From the NCBI GenBank assembly GCA_050953105.1, contig JBMNMA010000009.1, positions 261,143 to 325,142 of the forward strand: a stretch of DNA of 64,000 nt, written 5' to 3'. The first letter of the stretch is position 1; each line of letters starts with the position of its first letter. The notes beneath the pieces were generated by a model that worked only from the letters and a program-made list of their open reading frames with translations, was not told the DNA's origin and did no database searches. Shown here in pieces: positions 29,830-39,943 of the stretch. Source of the DNA: Eubacteriales bacterium. GTDB lineage: Bacteria; Bacillota; Clostridia; Oscillospirales; CAG-382. Position numbers and translations under genes: made by a program.

Positions 29830-30873
29830 ATGCTTTCCAAATCAACCGAGGTTTTTGCCAAAAGCCTGGGGTTAAGAGTAACCGAGGATAACGCTTTCGG
29901 CGTTTACGCAAATTACTTTTTAACCGTATCCGAGGCAAGAAACAAAAAAACCATAAAATTTTCATGCTATATAGGCAACAGCGACGATTATGCCGAAGAT
30001 TATCTTGTGTTAAACGACGGTATAAGAGCGATTATTGATAAATATTCAATAACCGACTATGAGGTTTACGAAAACGGAATACGGATTGTGTCATCTGCTC
30101 CCATTGCAGCGTTGCGTGAGCTTACCGACAATGTGGCAAAGCTGCTTGACGACAACCAGATACCCAATTCCCACTTCTGTTCGGAATGCGGCAACCAATT
30201 TAAAGCCGGTGAAAAGAAAAGAATAGTTACCATTTCCCGGGGCAAAGACCTTGAAAAGCACCTCCTTTGCGAAAAGTGTGCCCTTACCGCAGCCGAAGAG
30301 GCTGAGGAAAGCAAGGTGCATGAAAGCAAGTCGGACGCCGGACAAGCCACAGAGGTTAATGAAAAAGCTAATTCGAAATCCTCGGCGGTTTTATATTCCC
30401 TTCTTGCAGGTCTTTTACCATCAGTTATTTATATTGCGCTGTTCTTCCTCCTTGGCATAAACGGACGGGGCGAGGTTGCCAATTACTTAGCCTGCCTTGT
30501 TGGTCTGCTTATCGGCGGTGTGGTGTTCTGGGTGTATAAATCCAAAGCAGGTAAAGTTTCTAGCAGGGGCATGATAACCGTCTGTGGCATTTCTGCCGGA
30601 CTGCTTGTATTTTCCCACTTTTTCGGCTGTCTGCTGGGGCTGGCAAAGACATTTAATTCAACCTTTGGCGTAAGCTATTCCACCTTCGGCGCCAAGTTCG
30701 GCAGCTTCATTTCCATGCTTTTCACCGACAGCATTTATTTGAAATTTCTTGTATTAGGCTGCCTTATCGGCCTTTGCGCCGCGTTGATAGCAATAATCGG
30801 CCTTTACACCTTCGGCTCTAAACAGGAAGAGGAAAAACGCAAAGTAAAGGTTACAATACAAACAATTAAATAG
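29830..30873 (+). CDS. Hypothetical membrane protein with a CxxC..CxxC Zn ribbon and C-terminal TM helices
   Basis: CSECG...CEKC, then about 4 hydrophobic helices; AGGAGG RBS. Confidence 0.75.
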   Translation: MLSKSTEVFAKSLGLRVTEDNAFGVYANYFLTVSEARNKKTIKFSCYIGNSDDYAEDYLVLNDGIRAIIDKYSITDYEVYENGIRIVSSAPIAALRELTDNVAKLLDDNQIPNSHFCSECGNQFKAGEKKRIVTISRGKDLEKHLLCEKCALTAAEEAEESKVHESKSDAGQATEVNEKANSKSSAVLYSLLAGLLPSVIYIALFFLLGINGRGEVANYLACLVGLLIGGVVFWVYKSKAGKVSSRGMITVCGISAGLLVFSHFFGCLLGLAKTFNSTFGVSYSTFGAKFGSFISMLFTDSIYLKFLVLGCLIGLCAALIAIIGLYTFGSKQEEEKRKVKVTIQTIK

Positions 30874-30877
30874 TATT

Positions 30878-30903
30878 AAAGGGTTGATTTATCAACCCTT
30901 TTT
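30878..30903 (+). terminator. Intrinsic terminator
   Basis: AAAGGGTTGAT-TT-ATCAACCCTTT-TT. Confidence 0.7.
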
Positions 30904-30952
30904 AAGTATATTTTAAAGTTTGTGGTCTACTCTTGATTCAGGAGGGATTTGA

Positions 30953-31627
30953 ATGAACATTCTTATTGTGGAGGATGAGGCTAATCTTGCCGAATCGGTA
31001 AAGGAGATACTTTCTTCCCAAAAAATATACTGCGATATTGTTTATGACGGGGCTGACGGGCTTGATTATGCTCTTTCGGGTATATACGACGTCATACTCC
31101 TTGACATTATGCTCCCCAAGTTAAACGGCTTTGAGGTGCTTGGCAAGCTTCGGGCAAATAAAATCAATACACCGGTTATACTGCTTACCGCCCGGGACCA
31201 GATAAGCGACAAGGTTAAGGGGCTTGACGCCGGCGCCGACGATTATTTAACTAAACCCTTTTCGTCCGACGAGCTGCTTGCCCGTATTAGGGCGGTTTCC
31301 CGGCGCAAGGGTGAGATTTTATTAAACGAACTGACATACGGCGATTTGGTGTTGAACCTTAATTCGTATCTTTTGTCCTGCGGTGAAAACTCCGTCCGTT
31401 TGGGATATAAAGAGTTTGAAATAATAAAGCTGTTTATGTCAAATCCCGGAGGGGTTATTAGCAAGGACGAGCTTATAACAAAGGTCTGGGGCTTTCTTTC
31501 GGAAGCGGAAGACAACAACGTGGAGGTTTACATATCCTTTTTACGCAAAAAGCTGGCATTTATAAAGTCAAAGGTTGAAATTTCCACTGTCAGAAAGATG
31601 GGCTACCATCTGGAGTATGGCAAATGA
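30953..31627 (+). CDS. OmpR-family response regulator
   Basis: ILIVEDE, LLDIMLP, LLTAR, GADDYLTKPF, wHTH VEVYISFLRKKL. Confidence 0.95.
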   Translation: MNILIVEDEANLAESVKEILSSQKIYCDIVYDGADGLDYALSGIYDVILLDIMLPKLNGFEVLGKLRANKINTPVILLTARDQISDKVKGLDAGADDYLTKPFSSDELLARIRAVSRRKGEILLNELTYGDLVLNLNSYLLSCGENSVRLGYKEFEIIKLFMSNPGGVISKDELITKVWGFLSEAEDNNVEVYISFLRKKLAFIKSKVEISTVRKMGYHLEYGK

Positions 31628-32874
31628 TAAGAAAGCTGAAAATCAAATTCGTCCTAACCGTAATGGGCCTTATAACCTTGCTGCTTGCCCTTATGCTTTC
31701 ATTTTTCTATATCCGCACAAGCAGGACATTGCATAATGAAAGCATGGCGGCTATGAAGGACTATGCCTCAACCCAGCCGGGGCTTATTTACTTTGACCGT
31801 TTCGGCAAAATTTTCGGCAGCGGCGGTGACAAATATTCACATTTGAATATGTTTGTAATCGAATATTACCGAATGTCCGACGTTATAATACCCTACGGCT
31901 TTGAAAAAACCCTTACCGACGAACAGAAAAACTATATTGTCTATATTGTGGACACAGCTTTAAATTCTACCGAAAACGACGGTATCATTGAAAAATACAA
32001 CCTTCGCTACCTTAAAACCAACATAACCGGCGGTGTCAGGATTGTGTTTCTGGACAAGGCCTATGAGGACAATACCCTTCATGGCATACTTTTAACCATT
32101 ATCCTTATCGGCTGCGGCGGATTTATCTGCTTTTTCATAATTACCCTTATAATATCAAAAATCGCCATTGCCCCCGTGGAAAAATCCATAACCGAGCAAA
32201 AACAGCTTGTGGCGGATATATCCCACGAGCTTAAGACTCCTATTGCGATTATTTCGGCAAATACCGAAATTATATCATCCAAACCCGACGCAAAGGTAGC
32301 CGACCTTGAAAAATGGCTGGGCTTTATAAAAAGCGAAACAAACAGAATGTCCGACCTTATTGCCGGAATGCTTTACCTTGCCAAAACCGACGAAGCGGCG
32401 GAAAGCTACCAAAAGACAAACCTTGATTTTTCATCCCTTGTTTTAGGAACGATACTGCCCTTTGAAAGCGTCTGCTTTGAAAAGCAGCTAACACTAAAAA
32501 CCAACATTCAGCCTGACATTAACATAAACGGCAACACGGAACTGCTTGTCCGCCTTGTGGGGATACTGACCGACAACGCCATAAAATATTCCGACCCCGC
32601 AAAGGGGGGTGTTGTTGGCATTGACCTTTACCGGGTGCAGGATAAAATCATTCTTGCGGTAAACAACAAAGGCGAGGTTATTTCACCCAAAACGGCAAAG
32701 CACATTTTCACAAGGTTTTACCGTCCCGACGAATCCCGTTCACGCACAGACGGCGGTTACGGTCTTGGACTTGCCATTGCAAAGTCTATTGTGGATATTC
32801 ACGGTGGCAAAATAACCCTTGAATCCAACGAAACCGACGGCACCACTTTTATTGTTTCCTTTAAGGCGTCATAA
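31624..32874 (+). CDS. Sensor histidine kinase
   Basis: 2 TM, ISHELKTP, DNAIKYS, FYRPDESR, GYGLGLAI; ATGA overlap with the RR. Confidence 0.95.
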   Translation: MIRKLKIKFVLTVMGLITLLLALMLSFFYIRTSRTLHNESMAAMKDYASTQPGLIYFDRFGKIFGSGGDKYSHLNMFVIEYYRMSDVIIPYGFEKTLTDEQKNYIVYIVDTALNSTENDGIIEKYNLRYLKTNITGGVRIVFLDKAYEDNTLHGILLTIILIGCGGFICFFIITLIISKIAIAPVEKSITEQKQLVADISHELKTPIAIISANTEIISSKPDAKVADLEKWLGFIKSETNRMSDLIAGMLYLAKTDEAAESYQKTNLDFSSLVLGTILPFESVCFEKQLTLKTNIQPDININGNTELLVRLVGILTDNAIKYSDPAKGGVVGIDLYRVQDKIILAVNNKGEVISPKTAKHIFTRFYRPDESRSRTDGGYGLGLAIAKSIVDIHGGKITLESNETDGTTFIVSFKAS

Positions 32875-33645
32875 CTCCCCTCTTATTTTTTCAAGAGCGG
32901 TTTTTTCAAGCCTTGACACCTGCGCCTGAGAAATGCCTATTTCCGCCGATACCTCGGTCTGGGTTTTACCCCGGTAAAACCGCAAGGTTAATATACGCTT
33001 TTCCCTGTCGGTAAGCTTTTTAATGGCCTCGGTTATGGCAATGCTGGTTATCCAGTTTTCGTCGTTATTGGTTTTATCGCTAATCTGGTCCATTACATAC
33101 AGGCTGTCCCCGTTTTCGGAATACACCGGCTCGTAAAGGGATATGGGTTCCATTATGGCATCCATGGCGGCGGTAACCTCCCGCTGGCTTAAGCCTAATT
33201 CCTTTGAAATTTCGGCGGCCGTAGGTTCCCGGGACATCTGCTTTGACAGCTTGTCCTTTACCTGAAGCGCTTTATAGGCGGTGTCACGCACCGAGCGGGA
33301 AACCCGGACATGGTTGTCATCACGCAGGTATCTTCGCACCTCGCCGATAATCATGGGGACGGCATAGGTTGAAAACTTTACTTCCTGATTTAGGTCGAAA
33401 TTGTCCACCGCTTTAATAAGGCCGATACAGCCTACCTGAAACAGGTCGTCGGGACTCCCTCCCCTTGCCGAAAAGGACTGAAGCACCGACAAAACAAGCT
33501 TAAGATTGGCGTTTATAAGCTTTTCCCGTGCCTTTTTATCCCCTTCTCTTGCCTTTTTCAAAAGCTCCCTTTTTTCGGCTTCAGAAATTGTCAAAAGCTT
33601 TGATGTGTTTACCCCGCATATTTCAACCTTGTTATACATTGACAT
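32869..33645 (-). CDS. sigG: Sporulation sigma factor SigG
   Basis: YNKVEICGVNTSKL N-terminus, DDLFQVGCIGLIKAVDNFD, VRVSRS.RD.AYKAL, GKTQTEV..EIGISQAQVSRLEK. Confidence 0.93.
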   Translation of the reverse strand: MSMYNKVEICGVNTSKLLTISEAEKRELLKKAREGDKKAREKLINANLKLVLSVLQSFSARGGSPDDLFQVGCIGLIKAVDNFDLNQEVKFSTYAVPMIIGEVRRYLRDDNHVRVSRSVRDTAYKALQVKDKLSKQMSREPTAAEISKELGLSQREVTAAMDAIMEPISLYEPVYSENGDSLYVMDQISDKTNNDENWITSIAITEAIKKLTDREKRILTLRFYRGKTQTEVSAEIGISQAQVSRLEKTALEKIRGEL

Positions 33646-33672
33646 AACGACCTCCGTGGGGATACTTCAATG

Positions 33673-33703
33673 TAATTTTTCCCCGTACGAAGGCCGTCCA
33701 TAC
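33673..33703 (-). promoter_or_regulatory. Possible SigF-type promoter for sigG
   Basis: Minus strand GTATG-15 nt-GGGAAAAATT resembles the GYATA-N15-GGnnAnAhTR consensus. Confidence 0.4.
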
Positions 33704-33755
33704 TTGTTTTAAAAAAGATACAGTTTAATTATAAACAGTTAAAGGTGGTTTTAAT

Positions 33756-33977
33756 ATGATATATGCAGTTGATAAAATTGAAGGTAATCTGGCAACACTG
33801 GTCGGCGACAACGGCGACATGATTGTTTTAGATACTTCTGTTCTTGATTTTACCGTCAGCGAAAACGATGTTTTAATTTATGACCAAGATACAGATACCT
33901 ACCGGCCCGACCCGGAAACAACAAAAAAACGCCTTGATGAAAATAAAAAGAGGTTAAGAAAACTGTTTGACAGATGA
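33756..33977 (+). CDS. DUF3006 family protein
   Basis: AVDKIEGNLATL...ENDVL...PETTKKR...LRKLF. Confidence 0.8.
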   Translation: MIYAVDKIEGNLATLVGDNGDMIVLDTSVLDFTVSENDVLIYDQDTDTYRPDPETTKKRLDENKKRLRKLFDR

Positions 33978-33980
33978 TTT

Positions 33981-34604
33981 CTACTCATTTTCCCTTATCC
34001 TTGCCGCAATATCTGACACTTTGTTTGATATATTACCTCTGGTAAATGTGCCGGTGAAGCTGCCGTTGGTTATTTCATAGCTTTCAAAATCAGTTTCCGC
34101 AAGAGCCTTGAGGACGATAACCACGTCATTAATAAATTCATCATTACCCGGACTTTCAAGTTTAACATACACCTTATACAGCTTTGTCCGGGTGTTCTGG
34201 CCTATAAGTCCGGCGTCGCATTCGAACTCCACCAAAACCTCCCCGGGGACAACCCCGTAGGAGGTTATTTTTTTTATAACCTCACCCCGTATGATGTGGC
34301 GGATAACGGAAATCTGATCTTCACGGTAGTTATCGGTAAAGCTGTTGGTGTCGGGGTCATAGACATATTCAGAAACAACACCGTTGCCATCGTCAAATTT
34401 CGCCACATAACGGTTGTTTTCCCGGTCAAACACCACGCCGGATACAGCCATCTTACCCGAATACATTATGCTGTTTTGCCTTTTGGCGGATTTTTGGGTT
34501 AAAAGCGCATCAAAGGGGTTTCCCAAAAAATAAAAAAACATCAAGCACACGCAAATTGTCATGGGAAGAATAAAAAAAATCCTCAATTGTTTCATACCGC
34601 ACAC
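33981..34604 (-). CDS. Hypothetical protein with N-terminal TM anchor (YfjL-like N-terminus possible)
   Basis: Hydrophobic N-terminus followed by GNP motif; 207 aa open frame. Confidence 0.65.
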   Translation of the reverse strand: MCGMKQLRIFFILPMTICVCLMFFYFLGNPFDALLTQKSAKRQNSIMYSGKMAVSGVVFDRENNRYVAKFDDGNGVVSEYVYDPDTNSFTDNYREDQISVIRHIIRGEVIKKITSYGVVPGEVLVEFECDAGLIGQNTRTKLYKVYVKLESPGNDEFINDVVIVLKALAETDFESYEITNGSFTGTFTRGNISNKVSDIAARIRENE

Positions 34605-34660
34605 CCCTTAATTATTATTTTCAAATAAGCATCATATAATCGAAAACGGGTGGGGTCAAA

Positions 34661-35266
34661 TTGAGGAAAAAAATTGTAAAAACCGTTTTATTTATACTTT
34701 TACTTGCCGTACTTGCCTTCGGCCTTATGTTTGCGCTAAATTTTGACAAAGCAGCCGAGCAGTATGCCGGATTTAATGTTAAAAACACCCTCACAGACGG
34801 GATAAACAAAATCTATTATGACACCACAAAAAAGTATTATGCCGATCTTAAAAACGCCGTTACGGTTAACTATTCGCCGGAGGGTAAAGTTAATTCGGTA
34901 GTGCTTGACGCCGCCTTTTTAAACTTCCTTTCTGCGGAAATAATTGCCCAATCGATATTTTTTATAGAAAACTCGACTTCATCCTTCGGAATTCCGCTGG
35001 GTAATATAACAATGGCAAGACTGCTTTCCGGCCTGGGGCCGAAAATAAGGGTAAAAATAATACCGCTGGGAAGTGTTTCCTGCGGTATTAACAGCTATTT
35101 TGTTGAAGCGGGGATAAACCAGACCATCCACCGGGTAACGGTTAACATCAACGCCGTTGTGGAGGTTTTAACCCCTTTTAATGCCTGCCAGACAGAAATA
35201 AGTCTGTCTTACATTATAAGCGAAATCGTTATTGTGGGCAATATACCCAACGTTTACTTCAAGTGA
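34661..35266 (+). CDS. yunB: Sporulation protein YunB
   Basis: IPLGNIT...LSGLGPKIRVKIIPLGSV, FVEAGINQTIHR, IVGNIPNVY. Confidence 0.88.
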   Translation: MRKKIVKTVLFILLLAVLAFGLMFALNFDKAAEQYAGFNVKNTLTDGINKIYYDTTKKYYADLKNAVTVNYSPEGKVNSVVLDAAFLNFLSAEIIAQSIFFIENSTSSFGIPLGNITMARLLSGLGPKIRVKIIPLGSVSCGINSYFVEAGINQTIHRVTVNINAVVEVLTPFNACQTEISLSYIISEIVIVGNIPNVYFK

Positions 35267-36514
35267 TTAATTGGCTACTCCAGCAAGTTTGTTAAGATTG
35301 TCATAGATAGTCCTTGACGCGGTAGTGTTGTAGTTTATAACCAGAATGTCCTTGTACTGCCCCGAAGTCAGCAGATCAAGTATGCTGTCGCTGGCTAAGG
35401 TTGAATTGATAAAGGTTATTTTATCATAATGGGGGACAAGGAAGGTAACGAAGGGGGATGCCGACGAGTCGCCTATGACAAGAATTGACTTGCCCGAGTT
35501 TACCTTGGTGGTAATTTCGATTTTAGCCGCCTCGTCGCTTAAGAAGCAGTAATAACCGTAGGAGGGGACGTCAAAGAACACAACCCCGTCCTTTTTAATA
35601 ACGCCCTGGGACTTGTAGATGCTGATAGACGACTTATAATCCACGTCAATGTCGTAATACAAGATTGTGTCGGAGTTGTCATAAAGCATCTTGGCGCCGG
35701 TGGCGGTGTAGAACTTGCCGTAAAAGTTACCGGGAACACTGGTTATGGAATAGAAGGTGTCGGATATGGGGGTTATCCCAGCCGATTTGCAAAATTCCAC
35801 ATAAGCGGTGTAGGCGGCAAGGTGGGTGTAGTTGGGATCGGTGTTAAAGTAAATATAATCCCCGTCGTTGTATCTTTTCTTAAAGACGTCATAGACGTCT
35901 ATATTTTTAATGTCCTTATCGGTGGTGTCAAACACCTTTGTCATAAACTGACGCTGATTGGCAATGTAAAATTCCTTTTTTATCTCCTGGGAAAATTCAA
36001 TGAATTCGCACCTTGTGGGGATAAGCAGATGATAGAAGTTGGCATTGCCTTTCAGTGTGCTTAACTGGTTGACGGACGCAACGTATTTTTCAAGGGTGTT
36101 GGTGGAGTAGGTAAACTGCTCAAGCCCCATGCCGTAATACAGGTAGGTATAACCGAGATGGTTTATAACCCAGCCGTGTTCGGTAATTTCATCGGTGGAA
36201 GTTTCGGAGGTTTCGCTTGTTTCCTGGGAATTATCCTCCGACACATCTTCCGAATTATCCACCGGTATTACCGAGTCTTCGTCTGAAATATCGCTTATTT
36301 CCTCGGTAACATCCCGGCTTTCTTCGGAGCTTTCGCTGTTTGATACGGTCGGTTCACTTTTGTCGCCGCCGGTATTACCGCCATTTAACTTAAATGCGAA
36401 CAGATAAATGCAAAGGGCTACTATCAGCACGACAAGCAGACAAATGACCGAAAACATTATCCTTGACGTGTTGTCGTTTTTGTTAATGCCGTAAAGTGAA
36501 TTTTTCCCGTCCAT
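35267..36514 (-). CDS. DHHW-family (SGNH/AlgX-like) membrane-anchored protein with an altered motif
   Basis: N-terminal TM, acidic Ser/Glu linker, YFNTDPNYT in place of YFRTDHHWT, LVIGDS block. Confidence 0.7.
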   Translation of the reverse strand: MDGKNSLYGINKNDNTSRIMFSVICLLVVLIVALCIYLFAFKLNGGNTGGDKSEPTVSNSESSEESRDVTEEISDISDEDSVIPVDNSEDVSEDNSQETSETSETSTDEITEHGWVINHLGYTYLYYGMGLEQFTYSTNTLEKYVASVNQLSTLKGNANFYHLLIPTRCEFIEFSQEIKKEFYIANQRQFMTKVFDTTDKDIKNIDVYDVFKKRYNDGDYIYFNTDPNYTHLAAYTAYVEFCKSAGITPISDTFYSITSVPGNFYGKFYTATGAKMLYDNSDTILYYDIDVDYKSSISIYKSQGVIKKDGVVFFDVPSYGYYCFLSDEAAKIEITTKVNSGKSILVIGDSSASPFVTFLVPHYDKITFINSTLASDSILDLLTSGQYKDILVINYNTTASRTIYDNLNKLAGVAN

Positions 36515-36566
36515 ACACACTCTCCTGTTTTATGGGCATATCCCGGCAAGATTTGTCGGCGGGCAA

Positions 36567-38588
36567 CTACTCAGTCTTATCCGAGCTGCCGTCGGCCTGT
36601 TGGCTTTCTTCCTGTTGTCTTTCCTGTTCTTCTTTTATTTTGCGTTCCCGTTCTTTTCTAAGGTTTTCTTTCCTTTGCTTTTCGTTGTTGGCTTTGGATT
36701 TCTGCCGTTTTTCATCCTTTATGGCAAGCAGCTTTTCAAAGGTGGGATTTTCCTCAAACACGGCCACAAACTGGTCACGGTCCATGGTTTCGTATTTAAC
36801 AAGGAACTCTGCAATGAAATGAAGCTTTTCCATGTTATCGATAAGGATTTTTTCGGCAATCTCGTAACCCTTGGTAACAATGGAGTGGATTTCGTCGTCA
36901 ATGGCGGCGGCAATTTTTTCTGAATAATTCCTTGCCGTGCCGAAATCCTTGCCTAAGAACACTTCGTCATGGCCGGAGCCGAAGACTATAGGCCCTAAGG
37001 TTTCGGACATGCCGTATTGGGTGACCATCTTTCTGGCAATCTCGGTGGCGCGCTGAATGTCGTTAGATGCACCGCCGGAAATATCGTGGAGTATCAGCTT
37101 TTCAGCCACACGGCCGCCCAGCAGAACGGCAATTTTATCGATCATTTCTTGTTTGTATATCGAATACTTATCCTCCTGAGGCAGGGATATGGTATAACCC
37201 AAAGCCATGCCGGAGGGGATGATGGAAACCTGGTGAACCTCGTCCTGTGAAGGCAGGAGATGTCCCACTATGGCGTGGCCTGCCTCGTGATATGCAGTGG
37301 CCCGCTTGGCCTCTTCCTTGATAACCCTCGACTTCTTCTGGGGGCCTACGATAACCTTAATTTCGGCTTCTTCTATATCCTCCATGCCGATAAGCTCTTT
37401 TTTCTTACGGGCGGCAAGGAGTGCGGCTTCGTTCATAAGGTTGGCAAGGTCTGCGCCGGTAAAGCCGGATGTGGAGCGAGCTACCGTTTCAAGGTCAACG
37501 TCCTCGTCTAGGGGTTTGTTTCTGGAATGAACTCTGAGTATCTCTTCCCTACCCTTAATGTCGGGATAATGAACGGTTATCTGCCGGTCAAAGCGTCCCG
37601 GACGAAGGAGAGCGGGGTCAAGGATGTCGGGCCGGTTGGTGGCCGCCATAACTATAACGCCGTCGTTTACGCCGAAACCGTCCATTTCAACAAGGAGTTG
37701 GTTTAAGGTTTGTTCACGCTCGTCGTGTCCGCCGCCCCAGCCTGCGCCACGGTAACGGCCTACAGCGTCGATTTCATCTATGAAAATAATGGCAGGTGCG
37801 GAACGCTTTGCCGTTTCAAAGAGGTCTCTCACACGGGATGCGCCAACGCCCACATACATTTCAACAAAGTCGGAGCCCGAAATGGAATAGAAGGGCACTC
37901 CCGCCTCGCCGGCAACAGCTTTGGCAAGCAGGGTTTTACCGGTACCGGGCGCACCTACCAGCAGTACGCCACGGGGTATCTTTGCGCCGAGGGTGGAAAA
38001 TCTTTCGGGGTTTTTCAAAAACTCCACGATTTCCATAAGCTCTTCCTTTTCCTCGTCGGCGCCTGCCACGTCGGAAAACAGGACTTTATGCTTTTCGTCA
38101 GAACCAAGCTTGGTACGGGCCTTTGAAAAGGCGTTCATCCGTCCGCCAAGGCCGCCGATGGAATTGGAGTTTTTGGCCTGGCTGGAAGTACGGGATATAA
38201 ATACCCACCAAATGCCAACCATAACTAAAATAACAATTACATAGGGCAGGAAGGAAACCCACCAGGGGATTACCGTCCGGGGTTCGTAGTCGTAGCTTGT
38301 TAGAATATTTTTTGCTCGTTGTTCTTCAATCGTCTCATTAAGGTCTTCATAAAAAATATAAAAGTCCTTGAGCCGGTATTTAACGGTGGTGCTGTCCTTT
38401 AATTTAAGGGTTATAACGTTATCCTCGTCGATGACGAAGGAATCAACTTTTTCGTCTTTGAAATAATCAACAATGTCGCTGTATGTTATCTTGGTGTTTG
38501 TTCCCTCATTGGCGACCATTGACGCCGCAAATACAACCAGAAGAATAAATACGACATAGAAAATAAGCATTTTGCGGTTGGATTTCAT
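36567..38588 (-). CDS. ftsH: ATP-dependent Zn metalloprotease FtsH
   Basis: 2 [46 protein letters not shown]. Confidence 0.97.
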   Translation of the reverse strand: MKSNRKMLIFYVVFILLVVFAASMVANEGTNTKITYSDIVDYFKDEKVDSFVIDEDNVITLKLKDSTTVKYRLKDFYIFYEDLNETIEEQRAKNILTSYDYEPRTVIPWWVSFLPYVIVILVMVGIWWVFISRTSSQAKNSNSIGGLGGRMNAFSKARTKLGSDEKHKVLFSDVAGADEEKEELMEIVEFLKNPERFSTLGAKIPRGVLLVGAPGTGKTLLAKAVAGEAGVPFYSISGSDFVEMYVGVGASRVRDLFETAKRSAPAIIFIDEIDAVGRYRGAGWGGGHDEREQTLNQLLVEMDGFGVNDGVIVMAATNRPDILDPALLRPGRFDRQITVHYPDIKGREEILRVHSRNKPLDEDVDLETVARSTSGFTGADLANLMNEAALLAARKKKELIGMEDIEEAEIKVIVGPQKKSRVIKEEAKRATAYHEAGHAIVGHLLPSQDEVHQVSIIPSGMALGYTISLPQEDKYSIYKQEMIDKIAVLLGGRVAEKLILHDISGGASNDIQRATEIARKMVTQYGMSETLGPIVFGSGHDEVFLGKDFGTARNYSEKIAAAIDDEIHSIVTKGYEIAEKILIDNMEKLHFIAEFLVKYETMDRDQFVAVFEENPTFEKLLAIKDEKRQKSKANNEKQRKENLRKERERKIKEEQERQQEESQQADGSSDKTE

Positions 38589-39943
38589 AGGTATTCACCG
38601 TCCTTTTCGGTTTTGACGTTAAAATTCAGGCAAACTGTAAAAGTAGATTTATTTTCGCCTTTTGCTTTGAATTTATCGGAAGTGCCGATGAAGGGAACGC
38701 ATACAATGTCCCCACCGGAACATATCACGGGAATGAGTCCCCTATATTTACGGGGTATCTTTTTGTTTATAAATTCTTTCTTAATGCTTTTAGTGATACC
38801 GGATATTTTCAGGGTATCGCCTTCGCACCTTGTCCGTACGAAAATATCTTCATTTATAATATCAGAATGCAAAGTTATTGTTGTTGACTTTTTGTTAATA
38901 TCGTTAAAATTTTTGCTATTGATATTATAATATATGACCACATTGCCCTTGGCAAGTATATTCTTCCCTTCTTTAAGCAGGGTATATTCAATATATTCGG
39001 GTTCATCATTAGTTTGTGAACCGAAATTAACTTTTCCCCCTTCGGTAAAGGCATACAGGCTTTGGGTTACGGCAAATTTCCGCCTTGCTTTTGCCTTAAC
39101 CGCATTAACGATTTTCCATGCGGTTTCAAGGTCAAGAAATTCCGGGCAGCGGTTGTAAATATATTGCAAAATCAAAACCTCGTCCTTATCAGAAATATCG
39201 CCGTCAAGCTTTTCGGCTGTTTCGGAAAGATAACGGCTTATACGGTCATACAATTTTGACTGGCTTGTTATCGTGTTTATAAATGATGGGTTTATTCCCT
39301 TTAGCACCGGAACCACCTGGTGCCTTATTTTATTGCGGGTGTAAAGGTCAGACAGGTTGGTGGAGTCGGTTACATAGGGAATGTTTTTGTCTCTTGCGTA
39401 TTCCTCTATTTCCTCCCGGCTTACGTCAAGCAACGGGCGGATTATATTCTGCCGCTTGTAGGGGATACCCCCCAGCCCCTTAAGTGCCGAACCCCGGGTT
39501 AGGTTGAAAAGCACCGTTTCTGCATTGTCGTCGGCATTGTGGGCGGTGGCGATAAGGTCAATGCCGTTTTCGGCGGCTATTTTTGAAAAAACCTCATATC
39601 TTGCCTGCCGGGCTGCATCTTCAAGGGACAGGGATTTTTCTTTAACCAGCGCCGGCACATCTACCCTTACCGTCCAAAGGATGATACCCGCTTTATGACA
39701 AACCTCTTTGGCAAAGGCTTCGTCATGGTCGCTTTCTTCCCCCCTGATTTGGTGGTTGACGTGGACGGCAGACAATTCAAAGCCGTATCTTTCCCTTAGG
39801 GACATAAGCACATCCAAAAGCACCGAGGAGTCTGCGCCCCCCGAAAAGCCTGCCATAACCCTTTTGGCGTTGTCAAGGAGGTTATGGCTTTCAATGGTTT
39901 TGATGACTTTAAGCCGGACAATATCGGTAATTTTTTTACTCAT
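38585..39943 (-). CDS. tilS: tRNA(Ile)-lysidine synthase
   Basis: SGGADS PP-loop, [28 protein letters not shown]; start ATG 39943 overlaps the dnaB stop. Confidence 0.93.
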   Translation of the reverse strand: MSKKITDIVRLKVIKTIESHNLLDNAKRVMAGFSGGADSSVLLDVLMSLRERYGFELSAVHVNHQIRGEESDHDEAFAKEVCHKAGIILWTVRVDVPALVKEKSLSLEDAARQARYEVFSKIAAENGIDLIATAHNADDNAETVLFNLTRGSALKGLGGIPYKRQNIIRPLLDVSREEIEEYARDKNIPYVTDSTNLSDLYTRNKIRHQVVPVLKGINPSFINTITSQSKLYDRISRYLSETAEKLDGDISDKDEVLILQYIYNRCPEFLDLETAWKIVNAVKAKARRKFAVTQSLYAFTEGGKVNFGSQTNDEPEYIEYTLLKEGKNILAKGNVVIYYNINSKNFNDINKKSTTITLHSDIINEDIFVRTRCEGDTLKISGITKSIKKEFINKKIPRKYRGLIPVICSGGDIVCVPFIGTSDKFKAKGENKSTFTVCLNFNVKTEKDGEYL

